64,000 bases of DNA from Bacilli bacterium. GTDB taxonomy: Bacteria; Bacillota_I; Bacilli_A; RFN20; CAG-826. The notes below the pieces were generated by a model. It ran no database searches and had not been told where the DNA came from. It saw only the letters and a list, made by a program, of their open reading frames with translations. The position numbers and the translations under genes are program-made. Every line of letters starts with the position of its first letter. Position 1 is the stretch's first letter. The stretch covers positions 5,156-69,155 of the forward strand of contig JAILIV010000076.1 of NCBI GenBank assembly GCA_024695105.1. Reading direction: 5' to 3'. Shown here piece by piece: positions 1 to 9,974 of the stretch.

Positions 1-3000
1 CCCTTGACGTCACCTACTCGAACCTTCTCTCGGCCGAAGACTGGGCCAAGGAAGGCGAGACGATGCAAGACATCTTGACCCTTGCCACGCGTGGTTTGGA
101 CATTTCCAATTTGGATTTCTTCTCACCCAGCGTCATCGATTTGATGCGTTCCATTTCGCAGTCGATGATGTTCTTTTCGCCCGGATATGACGAACAGGGC
201 GCGGTCGCGTTGGACGAAGGAGGAGAAGTCGTCCGCGACTATACCTTCCCCGTCTTCGTCCGCGACAAACTCTTGCTGTCGTTGACGACGAAAGACAGCC
301 TCTCCTTGTTTACGGATTACCCGGATTTGGTGGTGGAGATCGGCGGGACGAGCGATACCGTGGCAAACCATCTCGCCACGATTACCAATTGGGATAAGAA
401 AGAATCCCTCGACGCGAAACTTGCCTTATGCTCCACGTTTGCGGAGTCCTTGACGTTAATGAAAACCCCCGCGGAATGGGATACTGAGTTCACGAAGCTC
501 GGCAGGGCCCTCGCCGCCGTCCAATCCATCGGTGGTTTGGATGGGTTCGCGACGTTCAACCCCGAGACCATTCCTTCCTTGTCAATGGCCATCACCGCGA
601 TTTGTCAGACCCAAGCCTTCGGTCCGGTGCTGATCGGAAACATCTTCAACCGTGCCTTTAGTTCCGCCTCTTTGCCGGAGGAAATCCGTGGATCGGGTGA
701 CGTCAAGCCGAACTTCGGTTGGTATTTCCGCAACGCGAACGATTTCCTCGCGGCGAAGAAAGCCGGCGCGACCCAGACGGAACTCGATGCCATCGTGGCG
801 CAGCGTCTCGATGAGGTCTCCGGCTTGATGAACCTCGTCTCCGCGACCCTTGGCAACGACAAGATCAAAGACGGGGATGGCAACTTCAACCTGAGCTTTG
901 GCACGTTGGACGTGGATGGCTTCCTCCGCCCCGTTTTGACCGCCGCGGTGGATTCGAAGGTGTTCAATCCGAACTCTCCTTCCGATATGTATTCCGATTC
1001 CACTCCCGTCCCGGAAACCACCTTATTCCATAACCTCCTGCTCACCTTCATGAAGCGCTCGGGCGTCTTCGTGGATGGCAGTGGGGCGCCCATCGCCGAT
1101 TACATGACCCCGCTGATGGGCACGACCAAATCCCTTAGCGCCATCGTCAAAGGCGTCGGCGATTGGTATGCCGAAATCGAGAACATCTGCGAAGTGGTGG
1201 GCATGCTTCAGGCCTCCTCCTTCTTGAACGATGAGGGGCAATTCGACCTCTCTGGCTTAGAGGACCTTGGCGCCTTCTTCGCCAAGCCGGGCGCCAGCGA
1301 GGAGCTTTGCTTCCTAATCAATGGCATTCAGGAAAGCGAGCTGTTCTTCCGCTGCCTCCCGCCGAAACTCGACCAAGCCCTCAATAACGGCCTAAGCGCC
1401 CTTTCCGTCGCCAACATCGCCGACGACTTAAAGTGCGCCGACTTCTTCTATTCGAAAAAGGATGGCGATTTGGCGCCGTATACCGAAGAAGAGGTGGCGA
1501 CGTTGATCCACGTCTTCGCCGACATTTCCCAGTGCATGAATCTGGATTTGACCGATTTGACCAAACTCGACGTCGAGCCTCTTGTGTCCGCCTTGCGCGA
1601 GATGGGTGCGTCCAACGTCTTTAACTCCAACAAAGAGAAGTCCGCGACGGTCTTCGGGAGCAAAGGCGACCCGCTTTCCAAACGCTCGGGCTTAACCGCC
1701 TACCAGTCGCTCCTTTGTGACATCGTCTTGGTGGATTCCCTCGAGGATTATTATTACTTCAACCTTTCCCCGAAGGATTTGGCCGCGACCGCGAACTACA
1801 CCAACGCCAAGGGCAAAATCGCCTACTATGTGCCGCGCCTATTGCCCGCGCTTTCCGACGAAGGCATGACGCGCACGAAGTTCCTAGAGGCCGCGGACCG
1901 CTACATCGTGAACGAACTCGGTGGCATCTTCGACGTCTTGAAGCAGAAACAGTTCGTGGATTTCATCAACGGAACCGCCGCCTTCGAGGACCTCACCGAG
2001 GCGAGCTTCACCACGTTGTTGCATTCCTTGAACGATTGCACGTTCTACCGCGATTGCGTTCCCAATGCCTTCTATGACGCGTTGATCGTGAAGAACACCA
2101 TTGGCATCGCCGGGGTCGACTTCACCACCGCGGACGTCTTCTTCTCCTATTACTACTATGAGGGGAACGTCTTCTCCTCCACGCGCAAGGCCACCCCGAA
2201 CTTCGAGATGCCTTTCTATGGCCCGGAGATCGACCACATCGGCATGCTTTACTCCTTGTTGAAGGAGAACAAGGATTCCATGTCCGACCTTCACATGGAC
2301 TCCGTCGACCCGATCATCTTCCGCAACGTCTTGCTGGAACTCCACGACTCTTACGTCTTCCATGAAGCCGCGAAGGATGCCCGCCACGATCCGGCCTATA
2401 GCCCGATGGCGAAGCAATTCCATGACCTGACCGTCTTCGAGCAGTTCATCTATAAGGTTTTCGTCGACACGACCCTCTTCCAATCCAACTTCAACGCCCG
2501 CAAAGACTATGCTTACGTCCTGGCTTATGGCGATGAAGGCGCCTATTACAAGATGCATGACCGCATCGTGGGTTATACCTCCGCCGGCACGGGCTGGATC
2601 CATCAGATCGAGGCCCTTACGACGGATGGTCGTTCCCACGCGGGCACTGACGATGATCCTTGGGTGGGCGTCGTCGAGGCCGGCAAGAGGTCGGGCATCT
2701 TCAACTCCAGTTCGGAAGTCGGCGTCGACTACGAAGTGTTGAACAAAGTCTCGCCGAAGCAGGTCAAAACCTTGCTTTACGCGATTAACCAATGCACGTT
2801 GCTCTCGGATTTGCTTCCTAACGCCGTGGGTGATCTGCTTGGCGTCAACGACGAAGGCAAAGGTATTGGCCTCGACCAGTACTCCAACTTGGAACGTACG
2901 TACACCACCTATGTGGGGAAGAGCGTGTTCGACGTGACCGCCCTCGCCGAGTTCTTCCTTGACGGCGACACGAGCAAGGCGTTCCAAGACATTTCCACGG

Positions 3001-4574
3001 TCACTTTCCCCGTCGCAAGCAATCCTTCCGGCCATTACACGGTCACTTTGAAGGACGATTCCGACGTCACCTCTTGCATCCCCATGACTTATGAGGGCGG
3101 GAAAGCCACCTTCGTGACCGAAGGGCTGCCTCAGGCGTTTAAGATCACGCTTGGCACGGGCTATGTGATCGGTGGCGACGTCGTCACCTTGACCAATCTC
3201 GCCTCCTTCGATATCGGCGCGGATGGCTTCGCGACCAAGAGCATCAAGGCCATCGGTTACCTGCTCTCCTCCGTATATCGTGGCGAAAGGCCGGGAAGCT
3301 GTTACTTCTCTTTCACCAACACCGACGGCAGCTTGGCCAACTTCTTCAGCGACGATAGCGACTACACGCACTCCACGTATGGCTTGCTTGGCCTATTTGG
3401 CCTATCGGGTTTCTATGACCGCGAACTTAATTCCTCCAATGTCTTCGTTACCGCGGGGGACGGGGACTATAGCGCCGCTTCCTACACGTTCTATAACGCC
3501 CTCAACTTCAAAGTCGCCGTTCCGGTCAACATCTCGTTGGACCTTTCCGCCATCTATCCGGGCGTGAAGATCACCCTTCCGAACGAGACCACGATCTCCA
3601 TCAGCGACCACGTGGGTTCCGGCTCCACCGCCGAATCCCACATGGAGACGATCCACGGTATCTTCTCCAGTCTCAACGGCATCGAGGACTATGTGCGCGA
3701 GGCACGTTGGTTCGACTTGCATGCCGCCGACGTCGGCACCTTCGACGTCTATAATGGCTACCAGGGGACCGCGCTAAACGCCACCAGCGTCGGTGGTGTG
3801 GATATCACCAACCCGGCCTACCGCTACCTGCTTGCGATGTGGATCGATAACGCCTTCACTTTGGCGAGCGAGGACGCCGCCATCAAATCCATCCAAGGCG
3901 CGCTCGCCGCGAAGGAAATCACCTATTCGATCACCGTCGCCGACGACGCCACCCATACCACGACTTACGAAGGAACGAACGTTTCTCCGAAGTTCGCGAC
4001 GGAAATCTTGGCCAACCTGGTCACGCACTGCGAGCAGAACAAGGCCGACATGGTCGACCTCGCTTATGCGACGGCTACCGCCACTTCGCCGATGGTCACT
4101 TCCTATAAATACACGCGCATTGGCGACAAGACCAACAAGGTCTCGACGCAAGCTGGTCTGCATGACGATCTCTACGCCAGCGATTGCGCCAAGCTCACCC
4201 CGGCCTATTTGACCGAGGTCTCCAACGCGTTCGACGCGATGCGCATCGTATGCAAAGACTCGCCCTCTTCCGCGGAGAAGGCCGCCCTTAAGGCCGACTT
4301 CGAGTCGTTTGGAGTCGAGGCCACGAAGTTCATCGACATGTTCTACCTCGCCTCGCTTTATGACCACATGGTCTACTATGGCGACCGTCCGCTGAATCCC
4401 TTGCTCGTGTCCGTTCCTTGGATCATCAACGACCAACTCGGGCTAAAGGACCAAGGCTTCTTCAAGATCGCGACGTTAAAAGTCACCGACTTCCCAATCG
4501 TGGGCCAGGACGGCATGATCGAAAATGTCGCCACCGCGTGGAGCTACGCGAACATCGCGTCGACCATCGCATGA
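1..4574 (+). CDS. giant acidic protein of unknown function, 5'-truncated by the window edge (at least 1,523 residues visible)
   Basis: The frame with codons starting at nt 3 is open to TGA 4572-4574. There is no stop upstream of the first ATG at 63 (LDVTYSNLLSAEDWAKEGET precedes M). Composition is protein-like throughout (D/E/S/T/F/Y/A-rich, few K/R/C). I recognise no motif, TM segment or repeat. The stop overlaps the next start (ATGA). Confidence 0.8.
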   Translation, partial: LDVTYSNLLSAEDWAKEGETMQDILTLATRGLDISNLDFFSPSVIDLMRSISQSMMFFSPGYDEQGAVALDEGGEVVRDYTFPVFVRDKLLLSLTTKDSLSLFTDYPDLVVEIGGTSDTVANHLATITNWDKKESLDAKLALCSTFAESLTLMKTPAEWDTEFTKLGRALAAVQSIGGLDGFATFNPETIPSLSMAITAICQTQAFGPVLIGNIFNRAFSSASLPEEIRGSGDVKPNFGWYFRNANDFLAAKKAGATQTELDAIVAQRLDEVSGLMNLVSATLGNDKIKDGDGNFNLSFGTLDVDGFLRPVLTAAVDSKVFNPNSPSDMYSDSTPVPETTLFHNLLLTFMKRSGVFVDGSGAPIADYMTPLMGTTKSLSAIVKGVGDWYAEIENICEVVGMLQASSFLNDEGQFDLSGLEDLGAFFAKPGASEELCFLINGIQESELFFRCLPPKLDQALNNGLSALSVANIADDLKCADFFYSKKDGDLAPYTEEEVATLIHVFADISQCMNLDLTDLTKLDVEPLVSALREMGASNVFNSNKEKSATVFGSKGDPLSKRSGLTAYQSLLCDIVLVDSLEDYYYFNLSPKDLAATANYTNAKGKIAYYVPRLLPALSDEGMTRTKFLEAADRYIVNELGGIFDVLKQKQFVDFINGTAAFEDLTEASFTTLLHSLNDCTFYRDCVPNAFYDALIVKNTIGIAGVDFTTADVFFSYYYYEGNVFSSTRKATPNFEMPFYGPEIDHIGMLYSLLKENKDSMSDLHMDSVDPIIFRNVLLELHDSYVFHEAAKDARHDPAYSPMAKQFHDLTVFEQFIYKVFVDTTLFQSNFNARKDYAYVLAYGDEGAYYKMHDRIVGYTSAGTGWIHQIEALTTDGRSHAGTDDDPWVGVVEAGKRSGIFNSSSEVGVDYEVLNKVSPKQVKTLLYAINQCTLLSDLLPNAVGDLLGVNDEGKGIGLDQYSNLERTYTTYVGKSVFDVTALAEFFLDGDTSKAFQDISTVTFPVASNPSGHYTVTLKDDSDVTSCIPMTYEGGKATFVTEGLPQAFKITLGTGYVIGGDVVTLTNLASFDIGADGFATKSIKAIGYLLSSVYRGERPGSCYFSFTNTDGSLANFFSDDSDYTHSTYGLLGLFGLSGFYDRELNSSNVFVTAGDGDYSAASYTFYNALNFKVAVPVNISLDLSAIYPGVKITLPNETTISISDHVGSGSTAESHMETIHGIFSSLNGIEDYVREARWFDLHAADVGTFDVYNGYQGTALNATSVGGVDITNPAYRYLLAMWIDNAFTLASEDAAIKSIQGALAAKEITYSITVADDATHTTTYEGTNVSPKFATEILANLVTHCEQNKADMVDLAYATATATSPMVTSYKYTRIGDKTNKVSTQAGLHDDLYASDCAKLTPAYLTEVSNAFDAMRIVCKDSPSSAEKAALKADFESFGVEATKFIDMFYLASLYDHMVYYGDRPLNPLLVSVPWIINDQLGLKDQGFFKIATLKVTDFPIVGQDGMIENVATAWSYANIASTIA

Positions 4575-5176
4575 GGAAATTGCCCCTAGAAGGCTCAATG
4601 GGGGAGGAAAAGGACCTTTCCTCCCTTTTCCTTGCGGGGCTCTTCCCCTTGTCTGACCCCAATGGCTTTAAGACGCTTTATGATCAGTTTAGGAAGGATC
4701 ATCCCGGGGCGGACCATTATCCCTACGCTTTGTGCTTGGGCGAGCTAAACCGTTCCAGCGATGATGGTGAGCCCGGTGGCACCGCGGGCCGACCGATGCT
4801 TTCGTTGCTATTGGAAAAAGAAATCGACGGGGTTTTGATCGTGGCCCGGCATTTTGGGGGTACGAAACTTGGCGTCCCCCGTCTTCGCCGTGCCTTCCTT
4901 TCCAGCGCTGAGCAAGCCATCGCCCACGCCCGATTTGGCGTGTACCAAGAAATGCTTCGTTATGACGTCGAAGTCGATTATCCAACTTATGAAATCCTAA
5001 GAAATGGCGCAAATCGCGGATTGTTTTCGCTGCAAAATCCCGTTTTCGACATAAAAGTGCATGCGGAAATCCGCAGTGGTGATAGACTAGACGGGCTGCT
5101 CCAAAGGCTCGGTCTTTATGGCTTGGAACTTGGGGAGCCACGAATCGAAAGAGTCTTAGAGGAGGTAACCGTATGA
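4571..5176 (+). CDS. yigZ: YigZ/IMPACT-family protein (UPF0029)
   Basis: Family signature SDDGEPGGTAGRPML...VLIVARHFGGTKLG. The internal ATG at 4571 was chosen because it overlaps the upstream TGA (ATGA) and removes an Arg-rich out-of-context N-terminus in the ORF-track version. Confidence 0.75.
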   Translation: MRKLPLEGSMGEEKDLSSLFLAGLFPLSDPNGFKTLYDQFRKDHPGADHYPYALCLGELNRSSDDGEPGGTAGRPMLSLLLEKEIDGVLIVARHFGGTKLGVPRLRRAFLSSAEQAIAHARFGVYQEMLRYDVEVDYPTYEILRNGANRGLFSLQNPVFDIKVHAEIRSGDRLDGLLQRLGLYGLELGEPRIERVLEEVTV

Positions 5177-6447
5177 TTTCACCCGAAGAATTCCAAAAAC
5201 GTCGGGCATCCTTCCTTTCCCTGATGGACGACAATTCCTTTGCCGTCATCTTCTCCGGCGTCGCCAAAAAGTGCTCCGCCGATGAAACCTATCCGTTTGA
5301 GGTGAACCGCAATTTCCATTATCTAACCGGCATCACCCAAGAGGATTCCGTGCTCCTTTTGATCAAGTCCGATGGCGAAGAGCGCGAGTACCTTTTGATC
5401 TCTCCATTCGATCCCGTGAAGGAGAAGTGGTATGGCAAACGGTTGACTCCCGAAGAGGCAACGGCCGTCTCTGGCGTGCGCAACGTCTTGCTACGCACCG
5501 CCCTCACTTCCCGCATCGAGACCATCCTCACTGGAACGTATTCGGATTTCCCGCCCATCGCCAAAGTCTATTTGGACTTGGAGAAAGAACAAAAAGTGGC
5601 CGAGGAGACCTACGTTGAGGACTATAGGAAATCCTTGGAAGTCCTGTGCCCGCATCTTTGCACGATGGACGCCTACCCGCTGATCGTTTCGCTGCGCATG
5701 GTGAAGTCCCCCGCGGAAATCGAAGAGCTTCGCGCGGCGATCGAGGTCACCAAAGTGGGCATCACTTCCGCGATGGCCCGTATCCGTCCTGGCGTTTACG
5801 AGTATGAGATCGCCAATGAGTTCCATAAGGTCATCAACGATTGCTCCGGGTACCAAGGCACCGCCTTCCCGACCATCTTGGCTTCGGGCGTGCACGCGGC
5901 GTGCTTGCATTATCCCACCCCCGTCGGGACGGTTGGGGCAGGGGAGTTGGTCTTGATGGACCTTGGTTCACGGAACAACCTCTATTGCGCGGACGTCAGC
6001 CGTACCGTTCCCGCTGACGGCGTGTTCTCCGAGTTGCAGAAGACCATTTATTCCATCGTTTTGGCGGCCAATAAGGCCGTGGCCAACTTTGCCCGTCCCG
6101 GCCGCACTTTGGCCGAGCTTCAGTCTTTCACCGTGGAGTATTTGGCTTCAGAATGCTTGAGCAAACGGCTCATTCAAAACAAGGAAGACATCAAGAACTA
6201 TTATTTCCATGGGGTTTCCCACCATATTGGATTAGACACTCATGACCCAGGCGACCCAAACAAAAAGAAACCCTTGGTCGCGGGCAACGTCATCTCCGAT
6301 GAGCCGGGTCTTTATTTCAAGGAACTAGGCATTGGCGTGCGCATCGAAGACGACCTCCTCATTACCGAGGATGGCTGCGAAGTGCTCACCAAAGACATCA
6401 TCAAGGAAGTCAACGAGATCGAGGCCTTCTATCGGAAAAGCCATTAA
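5173..6447 (+). CDS. pepP: Xaa-Pro aminopeptidase, M24B family
   Basis: M24B metal-ligand motifs are present: DLGSRNNLYCADVSRT, HGVSHHIGLDTHD, EPGLY, GVRIEDD. The ATG overlaps the yigZ TGA (ATGA at 5173-5176). Confidence 0.85.
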   Translation: MISPEEFQKRRASFLSLMDDNSFAVIFSGVAKKCSADETYPFEVNRNFHYLTGITQEDSVLLLIKSDGEEREYLLISPFDPVKEKWYGKRLTPEEATAVSGVRNVLLRTALTSRIETILTGTYSDFPPIAKVYLDLEKEQKVAEETYVEDYRKSLEVLCPHLCTMDAYPLIVSLRMVKSPAEIEELRAAIEVTKVGITSAMARIRPGVYEYEIANEFHKVINDCSGYQGTAFPTILASGVHAACLHYPTPVGTVGAGELVLMDLGSRNNLYCADVSRTVPADGVFSELQKTIYSIVLAANKAVANFARPGRTLAELQSFTVEYLASECLSKRLIQNKEDIKNYYFHGVSHHIGLDTHDPGDPNKKKPLVAGNVISDEPGLYFKELGIGVRIEDDLLITEDGCEVLTKDIIKEVNEIEAFYRKSH

Positions 6448-6467
6448 CCAAAGGCTAAAATAAGCGT

Positions 6468-6489
6468 AGGCGGGGCAACCCGCCTTTTG
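6468..6489 (+). terminator. rho-independent terminator after pepP
   Basis: AGGCGGG-GCAA-CCCGCCT hairpin followed by TTTTG. Confidence 0.7.
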
Positions 6490-6528
6490 CCTATACCATT
6501 TTGGAACGAAAGTCGGGATAATTTCTTT

Positions 6529-8022
6529 ATGAAGAAATATATCTTGGCCATAGACCAAGGCACGACTTCGACGCGTGCCATTTTCATCGACAAAAACGGG
6601 GACGCCCTTTTCAAGGCCCAGCGTCCCGTCGACGTGTTATTCCCTAAGCCCGGTTGGGTGGAGGTGGACGCCGACCGCGTTTGGATTTCCGTCATCGACG
6701 TCATCAACGAGTTGCTCGTCGTTTCCGGCGCGTCGATGGACGAGGTGGCCGCGATTGGCATTACCAATCAGCGTGAGACCGCCGTCGTTTGGGATAAGAA
6801 AACCGGGAAGGCGGTGCATAACGGCATCGTGTGGCAGTCCAAGCAAACCCAACAGCTTTGCGATGAGCGTGAGGACAAAACGGACTTCATCCAAAGCCGC
6901 ACTGGCTTGCGCATGAATCCCTATTTCTCCGCCTCGAAGATCCGTTATATCCTCGACCACATCGAAAACGGGCAAGCTCGGGCAGAAGCGGGGGAACTCC
7001 TTTTCGGGACGATCGACAGTTGGATCATTTATAAACTCACCAAGGGCAAATCCCATCTCACGGATGTCTCCAACGCCTCCCGCACGATGCTCTTCAACAT
7101 CTTCACGATGAAGTATGACCCCAAATTAGCCGCGATCTGGGACATTCCTCTTTGCATGCTGCCCGAAGTCAAAGACAATACCGACTTCTACGGGACCGCC
7201 TCCTTTTTCGCGGGCGAAGTCCCCATCTGTGGCGTGGCGGGTGACCAACAAGCCGCGTTGTTCGGGCAATGCTGTTTCCACAAAGGCGAATCGAAGAACA
7301 CCTATGGGACGGGTTGCTTCATGCTGATGAACATCGGCGACAAACCCATTTTGTCCAAAGCCGGTTTGCTTACGACCGTCGCGTGGAGGGAAAACGGTGT
7401 CACCACCTATGCGTTGGAAGGCTCCGTTTTCATCGGTGGCGCGATCGTCCAGTGGCTCCGCGACCAGATGCGGTGGTTTGAGGATTCCGCCGACTCCGAA
7501 TATTATTCTTCCAAGGTGCCGGACACCGCGGGAACCTATTTCGTGCCCGCTTTCGTAGGACTAGGAACTCCATGGTGGGATGACGAATGCCGTGGCGCGA
7601 TCTTCGGTTTGACCCGTGGCGCGGACCGTCATCACCTAAGCCGCGCGGGGCTAGAGTCCATCGCCTACCAATCCAAAGACGTGATCGAGGCGATGAAGCG
7701 CGAAGCGGGACTCGAGCTTACTTCGCTGCGCGTCGATGGCGGAGCCTCGGGCAACGCCCTTTTGATGCAATTCCAGGCGGACATCCTCCAATGTGAGGTC
7801 GCGATCCCCGCCTGCTTGGAAACGACCGCCCTTGGGGCCGGGTATTTCGCTGGGCTATCGTGTGGTTTCTGGAAAAGCAAAGAAGAGATCCTCGATAAGT
7901 GTCGGACCGTCGCGCGCGTCTATGTTCCGCATATGGACCCGGAACGCTGTGCCGAGCTTTACGACGGATGGCTATGCGCCGTGGAGGCGGCACGGGCGTT
8001 CAAACCCAAACACGGAGCATGA
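6529..8022 (+). CDS. glpK: glycerol kinase
   Basis: N-terminus MKKYILAIDQGTTSTRAIFIDKNG and FGGY-family motifs run throughout (GITNQRETAVVWDK, GVAGDQQAALFGQ, VDGGAS). The start was moved to ATG 6529 to match the canonical N-terminus. Confidence 0.95.
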   Translation: MKKYILAIDQGTTSTRAIFIDKNGDALFKAQRPVDVLFPKPGWVEVDADRVWISVIDVINELLVVSGASMDEVAAIGITNQRETAVVWDKKTGKAVHNGIVWQSKQTQQLCDEREDKTDFIQSRTGLRMNPYFSASKIRYILDHIENGQARAEAGELLFGTIDSWIIYKLTKGKSHLTDVSNASRTMLFNIFTMKYDPKLAAIWDIPLCMLPEVKDNTDFYGTASFFAGEVPICGVAGDQQAALFGQCCFHKGESKNTYGTGCFMLMNIGDKPILSKAGLLTTVAWRENGVTTYALEGSVFIGGAIVQWLRDQMRWFEDSADSEYYSSKVPDTAGTYFVPAFVGLGTPWWDDECRGAIFGLTRGADRHHLSRAGLESIAYQSKDVIEAMKREAGLELTSLRVDGGASGNALLMQFQADILQCEVAIPACLETTALGAGYFAGLSCGFWKSKEEILDKCRTVARVYVPHMDPERCAELYDGWLCAVEAARAFKPKHGA

Positions 8023-8825
8023 ATTCCCATCATTATGGCGGGACGGTCGTCATCGCCCCGTATAACGAAGAATCTTATTTACGCGCCTATCGCGAAGCCT
8101 TCCCTGAGGAGAGGTTTCGTTCGTTGACCTTAGAGGAAGTGGTCGGATGCTTTGGCTTTGACGTATTGGGCGAATTGGACGTCGAGGAACGTTTGATACG
8201 GTATGTGCGTCAGATGACCGCGCCTTCGTATAAAAGCCCAGAGCTTACGCCTTATCTGCCCTTGGTCCAAAAATGGGAAAAGGAAGGCAAATTGCGCCGT
8301 AAAGAAGACCCAAAATCAATTTTCTGCGGAAAAACGATCCTGATTCGTGGCTATTATTCGGGCAAACCGATCGCCGAGGCGCTTCAGGATTTGCCGAACA
8401 TTTCATTGAATTGGGATCTGGGGCGGCCGGTCTTAAAGGAAGAAGAGCTGCCACGGCAGGAGTGCCGCGATATCTATGAGGCTTTGCATAAGGCGGAGTA
8501 TGAGATGTTCGAGCTTTTTTACCAAGGCTTCTCCCCAGACAACGTCTACCTTAATTCCGACGTGAACCTTCCCCGCGATTACAGCGGAAAGTTAGGGAGG
8601 CTAAAACGTATTTGGGGCCCATTCGTCCCAAGCGATGGCGTGGCGATCCGCTTGGAGACCGATCATTCCTTTTCATGGTGGAAGGATCCGTTTAGCGAAA
8701 AGGCTTTGGCCGAACTCCATATGGTTTCGGCGGAAACCTTGAAGAAACGGGAGGAAGAGGATGAGCGTTGCTTCTTGCGCCACCCGAATCTTCGCGCGCG
8801 CTTCTATTTTCCGAAGGAAGAGTAG
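8019..8825 (+). CDS. hypothetical protein (268 aa)
   Basis: The ATG overlaps the glpK TGA (ATGA 8019-8022). Composition is coding-like. I recognise no family. Confidence 0.6.
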   Translation: MNSHHYGGTVVIAPYNEESYLRAYREAFPEERFRSLTLEEVVGCFGFDVLGELDVEERLIRYVRQMTAPSYKSPELTPYLPLVQKWEKEGKLRRKEDPKSIFCGKTILIRGYYSGKPIAEALQDLPNISLNWDLGRPVLKEEELPRQECRDIYEALHKAEYEMFELFYQGFSPDNVYLNSDVNLPRDYSGKLGRLKRIWGPFVPSDGVAIRLETDHSFSWWKDPFSEKALAELHMVSAETLKKREEEDERCFLRHPNLRARFYFPKEE

Positions 8826-8842
8826 GGTATAGTAGGAAAGCC

Positions 8843-9973
8843 ATGGACGAGAAGACCGCGTTTCTACAATTGCTGGGGTCCTTCCCAGGGGCAGAACGCC
8901 TGGACAAGGAATTCCTTTACCGCGCCTATCAAGTCGCAAAAGACGGCGTGAAGGACATGCAGGCCATGGCGCCAGGCATTCGGCCCATCGCGGTCAACCC
9001 TTTGGCGCTTACCCTTTATCTAATCAACGAACATTCCTTTTACCTTTCCGCCCATCCCGAGAACACGGAAGCGGAACTGGTGGAAAAAGACGACTACCTG
9101 GCCTTTTTGGCTTCGATCGCGCTCGATAAATACACCACCAACGAGCACTTGGCGTACCGCAACGACAAACTTACGTCCCGCTTCTCGCCCTTCATGTCGA
9201 CGATCGAGCTCTATCTGAACTTCATTTTGGGCATGCTTTCCCGTTATAAGAAAAACGACCCCAAGGAAACGCTTGTGGTCGACATCATGAACAAGGGCTT
9301 TTCCATCGCCAAATGCGTGGCGATGCTTTTGGAAGGCGGTTTCGAGACCGAGGCATTCTCCACCTGGAGGACGCTTCATGAGAACGAATGCATATTGCAC
9401 GTCCTCACCAAAAACGGCCCCACGGCGATTGAAGCCTACCTTCGCCACATGACGTACGCCGCCGCGTTCCGTGGAGCGATTGAGAGCAAAGAAGCCACGG
9501 ATAAGATCTTCGTGGAAATCAAAGAGAATATGCATGGGCTTGGGCTTAAATCCAAAGACATGAAACGTTATATCGAATACGGATGGCTTTACTCCGTGAA
9601 ACGGGAGGAAGGCGAGGATTTGAAACTCAACTTCCGTGATGGGGTGCAACGCTGCGCCGGGCTTTCCGATTATTCCAAAATCTACGAGATGTCCTCTGAA
9701 ATCGCCCACAGCTCCCCCTTGTTGATCTACTCGCGGAAAAACTACATCTTCCATATCGCTTTGCTGAATCTATACGAATCCTTCTTCCGTTTGGAACGCG
9801 TGTTCACCACGATCTACATGTCCACGATCACGGAAGAGGAACGGCAACGTTACGTCCAAATGCGCAACCTCTATTATTGGGAACTTCAGGCCGCGTACCG
9901 CGCGATTCAGGTTTCCTTCGCGCATATGGCGCAGACGAAACGCGGGGAGGATGAGGACCCCACCATCCATTGA
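8843..9973 (+). CDS. hypothetical protein (376 aa), possibly DUF5677-like C-terminal half
   Basis: SD AGGAAAG at 8834-8840 precedes ATG 8843. The patterns WRTLHENECILHVL and YEMSSEIAHSSP resemble DUF5677 by eye only. Confidence 0.6.
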   Translation: MDEKTAFLQLLGSFPGAERLDKEFLYRAYQVAKDGVKDMQAMAPGIRPIAVNPLALTLYLINEHSFYLSAHPENTEAELVEKDDYLAFLASIALDKYTTNEHLAYRNDKLTSRFSPFMSTIELYLNFILGMLSRYKKNDPKETLVVDIMNKGFSIAKCVAMLLEGGFETEAFSTWRTLHENECILHVLTKNGPTAIEAYLRHMTYAAAFRGAIESKEATDKIFVEIKENMHGLGLKSKDMKRYIEYGWLYSVKREEGEDLKLNFRDGVQRCAGLSDYSKIYEMSSEIAHSSPLLIYSRKNYIFHIALLNLYESFFRLERVFTTIYMSTITEEERQRYVQMRNLYYWELQAAYRAIQVSFAHMAQTKRGEDEDPTIH

Positions 9974-9974
9974 T

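Noticed and set aside
1884-3371. A 495-aa ORF on the minus strand inside the giant gene, plus many other 60-270-aa antisense or out-of-frame ORFs. Examples are 21142-21945(-), 23001-23960(-), 41098-42162(-), 55405-56166(+), 45984-46721(+) and 61641-62288(-).
   Set aside because: They lie entirely within, or antisense to, genes with strong homology signatures (atpA, atpD, glgA, rpsD and others). Their translations are low-complexity and rich in Arg, Gly, Val, His and Asp, which is typical of shadow frames in moderately GC-rich DNA. They have no SD or promoter context.
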